Source of the DNA: a virus
Virus record (IMG/VR): IMGVR_UViG_3300030107_002709
Span: 68,964 to 132,963 of that record
Strand: one strand, 5' to 3'
DNA length: 64,000 bases
How positions within the stretch are numbered: position 1 is the first letter of the stretch; every line of letters begins with the position of its first letter. Below the pieces are notes generated by a model that saw only the letters and a list, made by a program, of their open reading frames with translations, had not been told where the DNA came from and ran no database searches. Shown piece after piece: positions 1-8,445 of the stretch. Position numbers and translations under genes: made by a program.

Positions 1-2
1 GC

Positions 3-164
3 TCAGGCATCTAGTAAAATATAATCTATTGCGTTTGGATGGTCATGAAGATAAGGAACATCTTCTATAGCATCCTTACCTGCTTCGTAAGAATTGTCTG
101 CATACTCACAGATTTCATGAGTGTGTAACTCATAGTCATGGTAACCAACGGTGTAATGTTTCAT
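3..164 (-). CDS. Small hypothetical protein (53 aa, MKHYTVGYHD...EICEYA...DVPYL)
   Basis: Hand-translated ORF below the track cut-off; ATG overlaps the upstream stop (ATGA); resembles small proteins recalled from cyanophages/Prochlorococcus. Confidence 0.65.
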   Translation of the reverse strand: MKHYTVGYHDYELHTHEICEYADNSYEAGKDAIEDVPYLHDHPNAIDYILLDA

Positions 165-343
165 TGGTGAATCGTGCATAGAACACAGTCAGGACATTCA
201 TACTCTTGTTGATAGTCATGAAGTTTTTGGAGTAAATGTTCGTATTCATCCCACATATATTCAGAACCAGTACGATCCTGATAGCATTCACATGCCTTTA
301 TTAAACGACTAATATCTTTTTCATTCAACTGCATTTTAACCAT
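161..343 (-). CDS. Small hypothetical protein
   Basis: ORF track; AGGA RBS-like sequence upstream; coupled to neighbours. Confidence 0.65.
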   Translation of the reverse strand: MVKMQLNEKDISRLIKACECYQDRTGSEYMWDEYEHLLQKLHDYQQEYECPDCVLCTIHQ

Positions 344-356
344 CCTGCCTGTACTA

Positions 357-1061
357 TTACTTATACTCGATAGTTGGTTTAGATTTTGTTATGTTCCCTG
401 CTACTAACATTTGAATTTCAGATGCATAAGATACATTCCAAGACATAACAAATCTATTTTCCTTGGACATATTTTTTTCTGTTTTGTGTTGCAACCATCC
501 TGGAAAGAATAACACATCTCCCGTCTCAACTTTTATTGGTGTCCATTCCAATCCATCTTGTGCACCAACATCACTAAAATATGCAGGAGATAATGGTTCT
601 CCAAACTTATAAGAAGTTAATGGATTCTTAACTAAAAGATTTCCACCGTTTGGTGGAACATACAAATAAGCAGCAACCGCCATAAGAACTCCATGATGAT
701 TATGTTCTTCAGTATAAGCTCCTTGAGGGTGAACATTAATCCATGATTTAGCAACTGCTCTTTCACAAGCAGGGTTACAGTGCCATTTATGTACTACTTC
801 TCTAGAAGTTCTTAAAACAAATTTTCCAAAATCATCAAACTCTGGCCAGGAATGAGGCATAGGATGGTTTGGATCTTGATCTAAAACAACAGAAGTAACA
901 CCACCATTTTTTTCTGGTGTGGCCATATTCATTGATTTTATAAACCTATCTGATGCTTTAAGAGAATCTATAACTTTATGCTTTAACTTATTTTCAAAAT
1001 CAAAGTCATATTTTGCTCTAAGAATTGTTGGCCAAGGATTATATGCTCGTAATTCACTCAT
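357..1061 (-). CDS. 2OG-Fe(II) oxygenase, TIGR02466-like
   Basis: Motifs SWINV...HNH...YLYVP, GDVLFFPGWLQH and RFVMSWN. Confidence 0.85.
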   Translation of the reverse strand: MSELRAYNPWPTILRAKYDFDFENKLKHKVIDSLKASDRFIKSMNMATPEKNGGVTSVVLDQDPNHPMPHSWPEFDDFGKFVLRTSREVVHKWHCNPACERAVAKSWINVHPQGAYTEEHNHHGVLMAVAAYLYVPPNGGNLLVKNPLTSYKFGEPLSPAYFSDVGAQDGLEWTPIKVETGDVLFFPGWLQHKTEKNMSKENRFVMSWNVSYASEIQMLVAGNITKSKPTIEYK

Positions 1062-1075
1062 GATTAATATAGTTG

Positions 1076-1498
1076 TTATCGTTTACCGCCGTTCATTTGT
1101 TTTAACATTTTCTGAAGCTCTGCTGTAGAACCTACGAACATAGCATTGTTTGTAACCTTACTCGGACCTTTCTTATCCTCATCTAGATCCTTAACTTTCT
1201 TCTGAAGATCCATGAGTTTATCAGTCATGTCTGCTACCTGTTTCATAGCGTTTGTAGCAACTTCATATGCTCTTGGATGCCCTGACTCCTGTGCAACCTC
1301 TAACGCCCCTCTGACTGCCTCCTGACCTTGATCTATGAGACTATACAATTCCCCTCTGGTATATTCATAGTCCTTATCCCTGTCCTCTGAGACATCTCTG
1401 AGTTGATCCTTGCGTTTAGCACAACCACCTTCAGGAGTATTGGATACATCAACATCGAAGATTTCTTCCATGTTCTTTTCAAATATTTCGTCACTCAT
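1076..1498 (-). CDS. gp16: Terminase small subunit (T4 gp16-like)
   Basis: DYEYTR..LY.LI, HPRAYEVA and NNAMFVGSTAELQKML motifs; follows gp15. Confidence 0.93.
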   Translation of the reverse strand: MSDEIFEKNMEEIFDVDVSNTPEGGCAKRKDQLRDVSEDRDKDYEYTRGELYSLIDQGQEAVRGALEVAQESGHPRAYEVATNAMKQVADMTDKLMDLQKKVKDLDEDKKGPSKVTNNAMFVGSTAELQKMLKQMNGGKR

Positions 1499-2295
1499 AA
1501 TATTTCAAACCCACTATTAAATCCAAAATCATCATCAGGTGTTACTAGTATATCATCATTAGCATCAATCTGTCCATCTAGATTCTTATCTGTCTTAGCT
1601 TTGGGTGTATATTCCATCTTAACAGCACGTCTACCAACTGCCTTATCACCAACAGACTCATATACAGTTGCCTTACGAATAATATCTGCCTTGTTGTAAG
1701 GACCATATAGGAATGTCTTAGCAGTAAATTGTAATGTGTATACTACCAACCTACGTTCTAAGAAACTATCATCCCACTCATCTTCCATGTTGATTGAGTT
1801 AAGAGTGATAGCAACATCTTTCTTCTCACTCATATCAGGAACCATGTTCAGAGTGATATTAAAAGCTGGTTGGAAGTATGGTAATATCTGTTCTAGTATT
1901 TGTAATCCTGTATCTTGATCTTTAGATAGTATTCCAAGTTCAAATCCTAGGGTGTATGGTACTGGTACATACTGTACTCTTACCTCACTACCATCACCTT
2001 GTATAACATTTTTATATTTCCTTACTGGACTAGTCTTTCTTGCTGAATCATAATCAATACCAGTCATCTCGAAATACATTCGAGGCATAGTAATAGCAAC
2101 CTTTTGGGTCTTAGGGTTTTCAAATAAACGATAAAGAAACTTATTCTTAGGACCATAACCTAATGCTACTTTCTCAGTTTCTATTACCTCATTGTTGAGT
2201 GGGTCTTTCTTTTTAATTTCTATATTATTAAAAAGAGTACCGAACCCTATAACGGTTCTACGAATTGTTTCGTTATAAAAATGTGTTCCTAACAT
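1495..2295 (-). CDS. gp15: Tail terminator / sheath stabiliser (T4 gp15-like)
   Basis: FYNETIRR...FGTLFNNI, PRMYFE and QILEQILPYFQP motifs; synteny. Confidence 0.93.
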   Translation of the reverse strand: MLGTHFYNETIRRTVIGFGTLFNNIEIKKKDPLNNEVIETEKVALGYGPKNKFLYRLFENPKTQKVAITMPRMYFEMTGIDYDSARKTSPVRKYKNVIQGDGSEVRVQYVPVPYTLGFELGILSKDQDTGLQILEQILPYFQPAFNITLNMVPDMSEKKDVAITLNSINMEDEWDDSFLERRLVVYTLQFTAKTFLYGPYNKADIIRKATVYESVGDKAVGRRAVKMEYTPKAKTDKNLDGQIDANDDILVTPDDDFGFNSGFEIL

Positions 2296-3707
2296 CAGAA
2301 GCTACCTGTAAAATTACCAAACTCACCAAAGGGGTTGTCTTCACCCCAATCAATTAATTCATCAGCACCTGTTTCAAATGCTTTATTCTGATCATACTCA
2401 GAATTAGTATTATCAATCGTACTAAAGGATCCTAATGTATATAGGGCATTAGAATCTACCCCTCTTATCAAGTCACCATCTAGGAAGTCACCAGATTTAT
2501 TCATCATAGCAAGTTCCAAGGTTCCTCCGTTCCAACCAGAAACCTCACCTATAGTATTGGTAGCAAGATCAAACAACTGAGCTCTCTGACCACTAGTTGT
2601 TGTAGTCTCATAAGCATTAATAACATATCTGCTATTAGCAGAATCATAGTAGAACTCACCCTTAGTTGTTGTTGGAGTCTCACCAGTATATGTGTAACGA
2701 TACTTTAATCTAAGATCTTCAAAATTCCAGAAGAAGTATTTAACTAGAGTTGTTGTAGCAAAGATAGGATCAAAACTAGCAGCATGTTCTACGAAGATAG
2801 TACCATCTCCCTGTGAAGCCCAGATCCTATCACCACCTTGATTCTGGAAGTTACCAGCAACAATATATTCTCTTGCTTGGAAATCAACAGATAAGGCAGG
2901 TGCAGCAACAGTTATTGTAGGTGCAGCAGTATATCCAGTACCAGGATCGGTAATAGTAACAGCATTAACAGTACCATTTAAAACAGTACATGTTGCAGTA
3001 GCACGTATATCACCTCCAGCAACATCAGGTGGATCTGAAATTGTAATCAATGGTGCAGTCCTATATCCACTACCACCACCATCAATTGTAATATCATTCA
3101 AACTACCACTTTGTAATGTACCAGTCATAGTAGCAGTAGTACGTGGTGCACTTAGAGATAGTGTAGTAACATATGTGTTCTCTAGTTCTATCTCATCAAT
3201 CTCTGCAATACCAGTATCAAACTCATCAGAACCCTGCTCGTAGATCTCAGCAGTGATCTCATAGTAATAGAGTTTTCCTAACTGATAGAAAGGAGTTTCT
3301 CTCTCAACAAACTTAATTTCGTATGCGTTCTCTGTTAATGGGTAATATATTAAGTCTCCTTCATTAGGTCTATCAGTAATAGTAAGACCTACAGAAGGTA
3401 CTACAGACTGTTCCCATCTTCTCTTAGAGAGAATGAACTTGATCTCATCAGTGATCCTTACACCAAACTGACTGATGAATTCGGATGGAGATCCAAACCC
3501 TTCAACATTAACCAGTAGCATCTCTATCATATATGCTTGGTTATACTCAGAATGTACTACCTCACCAAGAGTCTTATCCCTAAGCATACTCCTAGGAATA
3601 TAGTAAACATCAGTACCAAACAACTTGATTTGTTCATCAACCAAGTCCTGTACTAGATTCTGTTCAGTGGTAACACCACCGTGTTGAGGAAAGTATACTT
3701 TCTTCAT
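2295..3707 (-). CDS. gp14: Neck / head-closure protein (T4 gp14-like) with internal Gly-rich insertion
   Basis: EQNLVQDLVDEQIK.FG.DVYYIPR, RPNEGDLIYYP, PFYQLGK and terminal NPFG motifs. Confidence 0.92.
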   Translation of the reverse strand: MKKVYFPQHGGVTTEQNLVQDLVDEQIKLFGTDVYYIPRSMLRDKTLGEVVHSEYNQAYMIEMLLVNVEGFGSPSEFISQFGVRITDEIKFILSKRRWEQSVVPSVGLTITDRPNEGDLIYYPLTENAYEIKFVERETPFYQLGKLYYYEITAEIYEQGSDEFDTGIAEIDEIELENTYVTTLSLSAPRTTATMTGTLQSGSLNDITIDGGGSGYRTAPLITISDPPDVAGGDIRATATCTVLNGTVNAVTITDPGTGYTAAPTITVAAPALSVDFQAREYIVAGNFQNQGGDRIWASQGDGTIFVEHAASFDPIFATTTLVKYFFWNFEDLRLKYRYTYTGETPTTTKGEFYYDSANSRYVINAYETTTTSGQRAQLFDLATNTIGEVSGWNGGTLELAMMNKSGDFLDGDLIRGVDSNALYTLGSFSTIDNTNSEYDQNKAFETGADELIDWGEDNPFGEFGNFTGSF

Positions 3708-4540
3708 CCTATCATATCCAGTGGTGGTAACTCAAATGTGCTGATGGACTTCTCCATAAGCTCATCAATTTCTTCACATGCTTCTTTGTATATTTGCATA
3801 CCATTTATACTTACTCCACCAGGAAGTTGAACTCCATTAAATTTAATTAAGTTCTGACCCCACTGTTTTTTAAGTAAAGCAGTAGCATACTTCTTAAGGA
3901 AGAAGTCATCCCAGACCTGTGTATATGTTGCTGGATCTAATGCCCTCTCACAATCTATAATCAGGAATTGATCCTTAGTAACTCTATTTACATCAATATC
4001 AATATAAAGTCTATCTGCTCTAGTATTAAATCTATAAGTTACTAAAGATCCTGTATTGATAATCATATCAATGGTCTCGAAGTGTTGCTTAACCATGTAG
4101 TAGTTAACCATATCAACACCACCAAAAGCAAGACCTGTTCCTGAAGTATAGGAAAACAAGTCCATTAAGTAATACTGGTTGTTTAGTCCAAACAAACTAT
4201 TACGAACAAAGTTTGAACTGATACCATAAACCTTAGAGATACCAAAGATGTGTTCTGGTATCTCTAAAAAATTCTTTCTATTTTCCCATGCTGCTGCATC
4301 TGGTGCAGTAGTTGATTGTACTTCGTTCTCTGTTGTAAACCTAGTTACATCATCTTCTGTAAACTGATGCTTCAAATACATCCTTTCGGATCCATCATAA
4401 TGCCTCTCATGGAAATATTGGAGAGCATCATCTATCCGATCATCAATCTGATCATCATCTAAATTAATTTCTAAGACTGGAGCACCTAACTGTCTCAAAC
4501 AGTAATCTTTAAACTCAGCCTTCGTGCTAGGAGCAGCCAT
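3704..4540 (-). CDS. gp13: Neck protein (T4 gp13-like)
   Basis: YCLRQLGAPVLEIN, ALQYF.E.HYDG and QWGQNL.KF.GVQLPGG motifs. Confidence 0.94.
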   Translation of the reverse strand: MAAPSTKAEFKDYCLRQLGAPVLEINLDDDQIDDRIDDALQYFHERHYDGSERMYLKHQFTEDDVTRFTTENEVQSTTAPDAAAWENRKNFLEIPEHIFGISKVYGISSNFVRNSLFGLNNQYYLMDLFSYTSGTGLAFGGVDMVNYYMVKQHFETIDMIINTGSLVTYRFNTRADRLYIDIDVNRVTKDQFLIIDCERALDPATYTQVWDDFFLKKYATALLKKQWGQNLIKFNGVQLPGGVSINGMQIYKEACEEIDELMEKSISTFELPPLDMIG

Positions 4541-4565
4541 ACGAATACCAATAGTTTCCTAAAGG

Positions 4566-4572
4566 TATTTAG
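4566..4572 (-). promoter_or_regulatory. T4-type late promoter variant (CTAAATA) upstream of gp13
   Basis: TATTTAG on + strand, about 25 nt upstream of the gp13 start. Confidence 0.55.
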
Positions 4573-4584
4573 CTTGATGCATTT

Positions 4585-5205
4585 CTACCTTGAATCTAAG
4601 GGGGTAGTTTTCAATAACATATTACATGATATAACTACTCTTTCTTCTTCATGTTCTTGTAACGGAACACCATGAGGAAGATCTGAATGAAATATTAGAA
4701 GTCTTCCAGGAGTGCAGGGCAAACCAAACGAAGGTGAACTCATATTCTTAAATCCTTGTGGTTCTTCTACTATGTTCTTAGTAAAATCATGGAAAATAAT
4801 AGTATGTTTTTCTGGATTTGCTTTTAGATAATAAGCACAAGAAAGAAAGCTTCCACTATGAGTATGAGGAAATAAGAAGTTTCCTTTATCTGAATGATTG
4901 AACCACATACCACCCATGAATAAATCACCTGCTCTCCTATTAGCATAACCATACTCAACCATAAATCCTCTAGCTACCCTAAGAATTTCTTTACTTAGAT
5001 CTTTAAATACAGGTAACCTATGCAGAGTTTGTATAGTAGTATGACTTGAATTTACATTAAGAGCTCCATTACCAGAGGTTTGACCTTTAATATCATCCAG
5101 CATCTCAAGCATTCCTGGAATCAAATCCAAACCTATATTATCATGGCGACAAATAACTTTAGGAAACACCTCATGTATTTGTGCTTCCTTAGAAAGATCA
5201 TGCAT
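4585..5205 (-). CDS. 2OG-Fe(II) oxygenase, TIGR02466-like
   Basis: MWFN...PHTH..S.LS..YY, LLIFHSDLPHGV and RVVISCN motifs. Confidence 0.85.
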   Translation of the reverse strand: MHDLSKEAQIHEVFPKVICRHDNIGLDLIPGMLEMLDDIKGQTSGNGALNVNSSHTTIQTLHRLPVFKDLSKEILRVARGFMVEYGYANRRAGDLFMGGMWFNHSDKGNFLFPHTHSGSFLSCAYYLKANPEKHTIIFHDFTKNIVEEPQGFKNMSSPSFGLPCTPGRLLIFHSDLPHGVPLQEHEEERVVISCNMLLKTTPLDSR

Positions 5206-5689
5206 CAGTTGGCGGTGTATATGGGATTTCAGGATTGTATTCTACTTCTTCTAGGAACCATGCTTCAACAGAAGCAATGTGATCAAAGATTCTCTTCTGC
5301 TCTTGGAATTCACAATACCAATATATTTCATCAGCTCTTACCATACCATCTTCTAGAATATCACTATCACGAATGTGCTCATTCTCTTCTGATTGATTCT
5401 TCAAGAAAGCTTCGATAACCATATTCAAATTATGCCCATGCTTCGCTTCAACCTTTTGCACTAATTCATATAGAGGAATATCTTTCAGTAGAGGTGGGGT
5501 TTCCCTATCAGGATGCTGTTTTAAAACAGGTGTTTTATGTCCATATGATACAGGTTTTCCTTTTTCATCAACGTATATTACATCAGGTGATATTTCTTTT
5601 GGTGTAGTATCCGCAAAGCCTTTTCCAGATTCGCTCATTTTTTCAGATCTAAATAACTCTAGTATAACATATTTATCGTCATAAGACAA
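5198..5689 (-). CDS. Hypothetical protein (probable start at MSESGKG, 5638)
   Basis: ORF track; stop overlaps the next start. Confidence 0.65.
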   Translation of the reverse strand: MSYDDKYVILELFRSEKMSESGKGFADTTPKEISPDVIYVDEKGKPVSYGHKTPVLKQHPDRETPPLLKDIPLYELVQKVEAKHGHNLNMVIEAFLKNQSEENEHIRDSDILEDGMVRADEIYWYCEFQEQKRIFDHIASVEAWFLEEVEYNPEIPYTPPTDA

Positions 5690-5743
5690 CTTGACATAAG
5701 ACGGGTTATACTGTACAATTATAACACATGTGGAATAAGTAAA

Positions 5744-6307
5744 ATGAGTATTAAACTATTGATATTGGAAACTGGCGATACAGTCATAGGTGATATCAAA
5801 GAAGTAATGGACAAAGAAAAGAATGAAGCTTTGGGATATAAAGTTGAAGCTCCTTACACTATAGATTTTATGCCTGGTAGTACTCAAAATCTAAATGAAG
5901 AAGCTCCTAATCCTGATGATGTTCAGCAAGGTGATATTGGATTTAGATTCTGGGCTCCTTTATCTGCAGATAGAGATTTCCAGTTTACTTATGATTTTGT
6001 TAGAGTAGTATATGAACCTCATGAGAGTATTCTAACAGCATACTTAGATGTTCTTGCTAGATATCAGTCAGAGAATACAGTTTTGATAGAACCTGACATG
6101 AAAGAAACTGTAGTCAGTGATGACCCTAAAGAGAATAGAGAGCCTGGAATGGGTGGAAGTCCTGCCGACTTTGCTAATCCAGCAATGGGTCTTGGCCAAA
6201 TGCAAGAAAATGCAACAGTGGAAGATGGTAATTTAAAAATTCTTGTTGACTCAGAAGAACCTAATACAAATCTAGAAGATAATAATCAACCAGTAGTTCC
6301 AGAATAG
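5744..6307 (+). CDS. Hypothetical protein, Sm-like-looking N-terminus plus acidic tail
   Basis: MSIKLLILETGDTVIGDIKE pattern typical of a T4-like cyanophage family. Confidence 0.65.
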   Translation: MSIKLLILETGDTVIGDIKEVMDKEKNEALGYKVEAPYTIDFMPGSTQNLNEEAPNPDDVQQGDIGFRFWAPLSADRDFQFTYDFVRVVYEPHESILTAYLDVLARYQSENTVLIEPDMKETVVSDDPKENREPGMGGSPADFANPAMGLGQMQENATVEDGNLKILVDSEEPNTNLEDNNQPVVPE

Positions 6308-6318
6308 AATATAATATT

Positions 6319-7272
6319 ATGAGTAATACACATATACAAGATCAAATAAGCCAATTTGACTTGCATGACTTGCTAGTAACAAATGAAGAATTTGAAATAC
6401 AAGACATGGGAGACTATGTGATTGTAGATAATATCTTCAAAGATCCAGATGCTGCTCTTGAAGGACTCCTAAAGTTTCCTTCAGACTCTTCTGATGAAGT
6501 TAAAAGACTCATGTACCAAAATGGGGAAACACCTAAGTTTAAAACTCCTAATGGTATAATACAGTTATTTACAAACCAATACTTTGATAATTGGTTTCAA
6601 GAACTTTACAAGATACTAATAGAAGCTGAATTTGTTCCACATCAAGTTAACACATACTTAGAAGATCCTCAATATATGAGCAGTCTCTCCAGAAGTGGAT
6701 TGGTATCTGCCCAGTTACAGCATGATAATATGACCATACACAAACGTGCAAACTGGCCATCTCCTCTGTTGGATTTTGAGTATGCGTGTACAGTATTCTT
6801 GGGTGATAATATAGATCCTGATAATGGTATATCTTTCTATCATCTTTTATACAATGATACTAGATATAAAACCATAGAAGATCTTAAAGATATCCGAGAT
6901 CAGGAAACAATGGAAGCTGTTAAGGATTATTTGAATGTGTTTGTAACAGTTCAACCAGAACTAGAACCATATCAACCATACGAAAAAACAAAGTACTATG
7001 ATAAGCATAGGTTCGTAGAAGCAAAGAAAAATAGAATGGTTATCTATAAATCTGGTCAGTGGATAACAGATGACTATAACAATAAAGGTGAAAGATATAC
7101 ATTTACCACCAGTATTGTTGTTTCTAAACATCAAAAAGAAGGTGAGTTGGGAGATGATCCTGCTCAGAATAAATATACTCCATCACCAAGTAACTTTAAT
7201 GATGAATCATTGAATGAATATACAATGAATAGACCACCAGAAGAACCTCAACAATGGGATAGTGATTATTAA
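6319..7272 (+). CDS. DUF6445-like (2OG oxygenase-fold) protein with degenerate metal ligands
   Basis: VIVDNIFKDPD, GISFY and KKNRMVIY motifs; paralogous to the next ORF. Confidence 0.65.
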   Translation: MSNTHIQDQISQFDLHDLLVTNEEFEIQDMGDYVIVDNIFKDPDAALEGLLKFPSDSSDEVKRLMYQNGETPKFKTPNGIIQLFTNQYFDNWFQELYKILIEAEFVPHQVNTYLEDPQYMSSLSRSGLVSAQLQHDNMTIHKRANWPSPLLDFEYACTVFLGDNIDPDNGISFYHLLYNDTRYKTIEDLKDIRDQETMEAVKDYLNVFVTVQPELEPYQPYEKTKYYDKHRFVEAKKNRMVIYKSGQWITDDYNNKGERYTFTTSIVVSKHQKEGELGDDPAQNKYTPSPSNFNDESLNEYTMNRPPEEPQQWDSDY

Positions 7273-7274
7273 CA

Positions 7275-8111
7275 ATGAGAGATTATACTAAAGACAAACT
7301 AAAACTATCAGAATATAGTCGCTATACAAGTAGAGAGCTAGATGAAATATTTGAACTCTCTGAAGATTGTCCTTTGGAAAATAAAGTTGATGAAGAAACT
7401 GGTCTAAAGTATGTTACTGTTAACAACTTTTTTAAAAGACCAGATTATGTTATAGACTTCTTAAAAACTATACCATCTGAAGATAGGACAAAGAGTATAA
7501 CAGAAGATAGATTTACATACATGAGTAGTAATGCTCCTGGATTTCAACAACCACTAGAAAGTAAATTAGTAGCACAATTGGGTGATGCTATTTACAATCT
7601 AGGAAAAGAAACTGGGTTGCATAAGTATGAAAGAAATCAATGTAGTATGGAGTACTATACAAATACTTGTTATCCTGGAATGAAATCTTGTCAAAACAAC
7701 TGGCTTCCTCATATAGATCCATTTTCAATAGCATGTAACATGTATCTTACTCAATGTAATAATACTGGTACATCCTTTTTTAGATTTGTAACTACAGATG
7801 GAAAAAAATATTATAATTCAGTACAACTTTCAAGATCAAGAAAAGCTTGTATTGAGTATCAAGAAAACTTTGAGGAAGAAAAGAGAAAATCTCATACTAG
7901 AAATCCTATAGAAGGAACTGATCTAGGAGATTGGGTATATTATACTGGAGATTCTGATGATGCTCCATTACCTAAATTTGAAAGATATCATTATATCAAA
8001 GCAGAAAGAAATATGTGCTCTATGTACAGAGGAGCAAGATGGCATGGTATAACATACGATGCTGATAATGAAACAGATATCCGATATTCCCTTGTAGGAA
8101 TAATTAGATAA
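7275..8111 (+). CDS. DUF6445-like 2OG-Fe(II) oxygenase-fold protein
   Basis: VNNFFKRPD, APG, PHID, GTSFF and Y.G..WH motifs. Confidence 0.7.
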   Translation: MRDYTKDKLKLSEYSRYTSRELDEIFELSEDCPLENKVDEETGLKYVTVNNFFKRPDYVIDFLKTIPSEDRTKSITEDRFTYMSSNAPGFQQPLESKLVAQLGDAIYNLGKETGLHKYERNQCSMEYYTNTCYPGMKSCQNNWLPHIDPFSIACNMYLTQCNNTGTSFFRFVTTDGKKYYNSVQLSRSRKACIEYQENFEEEKRKSHTRNPIEGTDLGDWVYYTGDSDDAPLPKFERYHYIKAERNMCSMYRGARWHGITYDADNETDIRYSLVGIIR

Positions 8112-8141
8112 AAAAAGGAGGGGTTTTATCCCCTCCTTTTT
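8110..8141. terminator. Bidirectional intrinsic terminator
   Basis: AAAAAGGAGGGG-TTTTAT-CCCCTCCTTTTT between convergent genes. Confidence 0.9.
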
Positions 8142-8148
8142 AATGTTA

Positions 8149-8427
8149 TCACTTAAAGTGTTTTACTGGTGCATATTTATTATGCAGTTCTTCAGCTTGC
8201 TTTAAAGCAAGTGGATTCTCAAGGTGTTTTATTGTAAATGCAGTCCACTCATTTTCAACTTTGTTCCAATAAGCTTCTAGTGCAGTTCTACTTGAGTCAT
8301 CATCCTCATTGTGCCAATCCCACCTTTCGGGGGTCATGTCTTTGAGTGCTGCCTCTAGGGACTCCAGGGTGCCAGAAGCACCCTTTCCATCTAATCCCCT
8401 TGACGAATAGTCATTTAATTGAGCCAT
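8149..8427 (-). CDS. Hypothetical protein (possible fibre assembly/chaperone)
   Basis: AAGGAG RBS; lies directly downstream of the 2026-aa structural gene. Confidence 0.7.
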   Translation of the reverse strand: MAQLNDYSSRGLDGKGASGTLESLEAALKDMTPERWDWHNEDDDSSRTALEAYWNKVENEWTAFTIKHLENPLALKQAEELHNKYAPVKHFK

Positions 8428-8445
8428 TTTAGTATCTCCTTTAGG

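Noticed and set aside
2700-3150. Intein or intron in the enlarged gp14
   Set aside because: The insert is a Gly-rich GxGY..AP structural module also found in gp7, gp8 and the VrlC-like protein; no intein termini or endonuclease motifs
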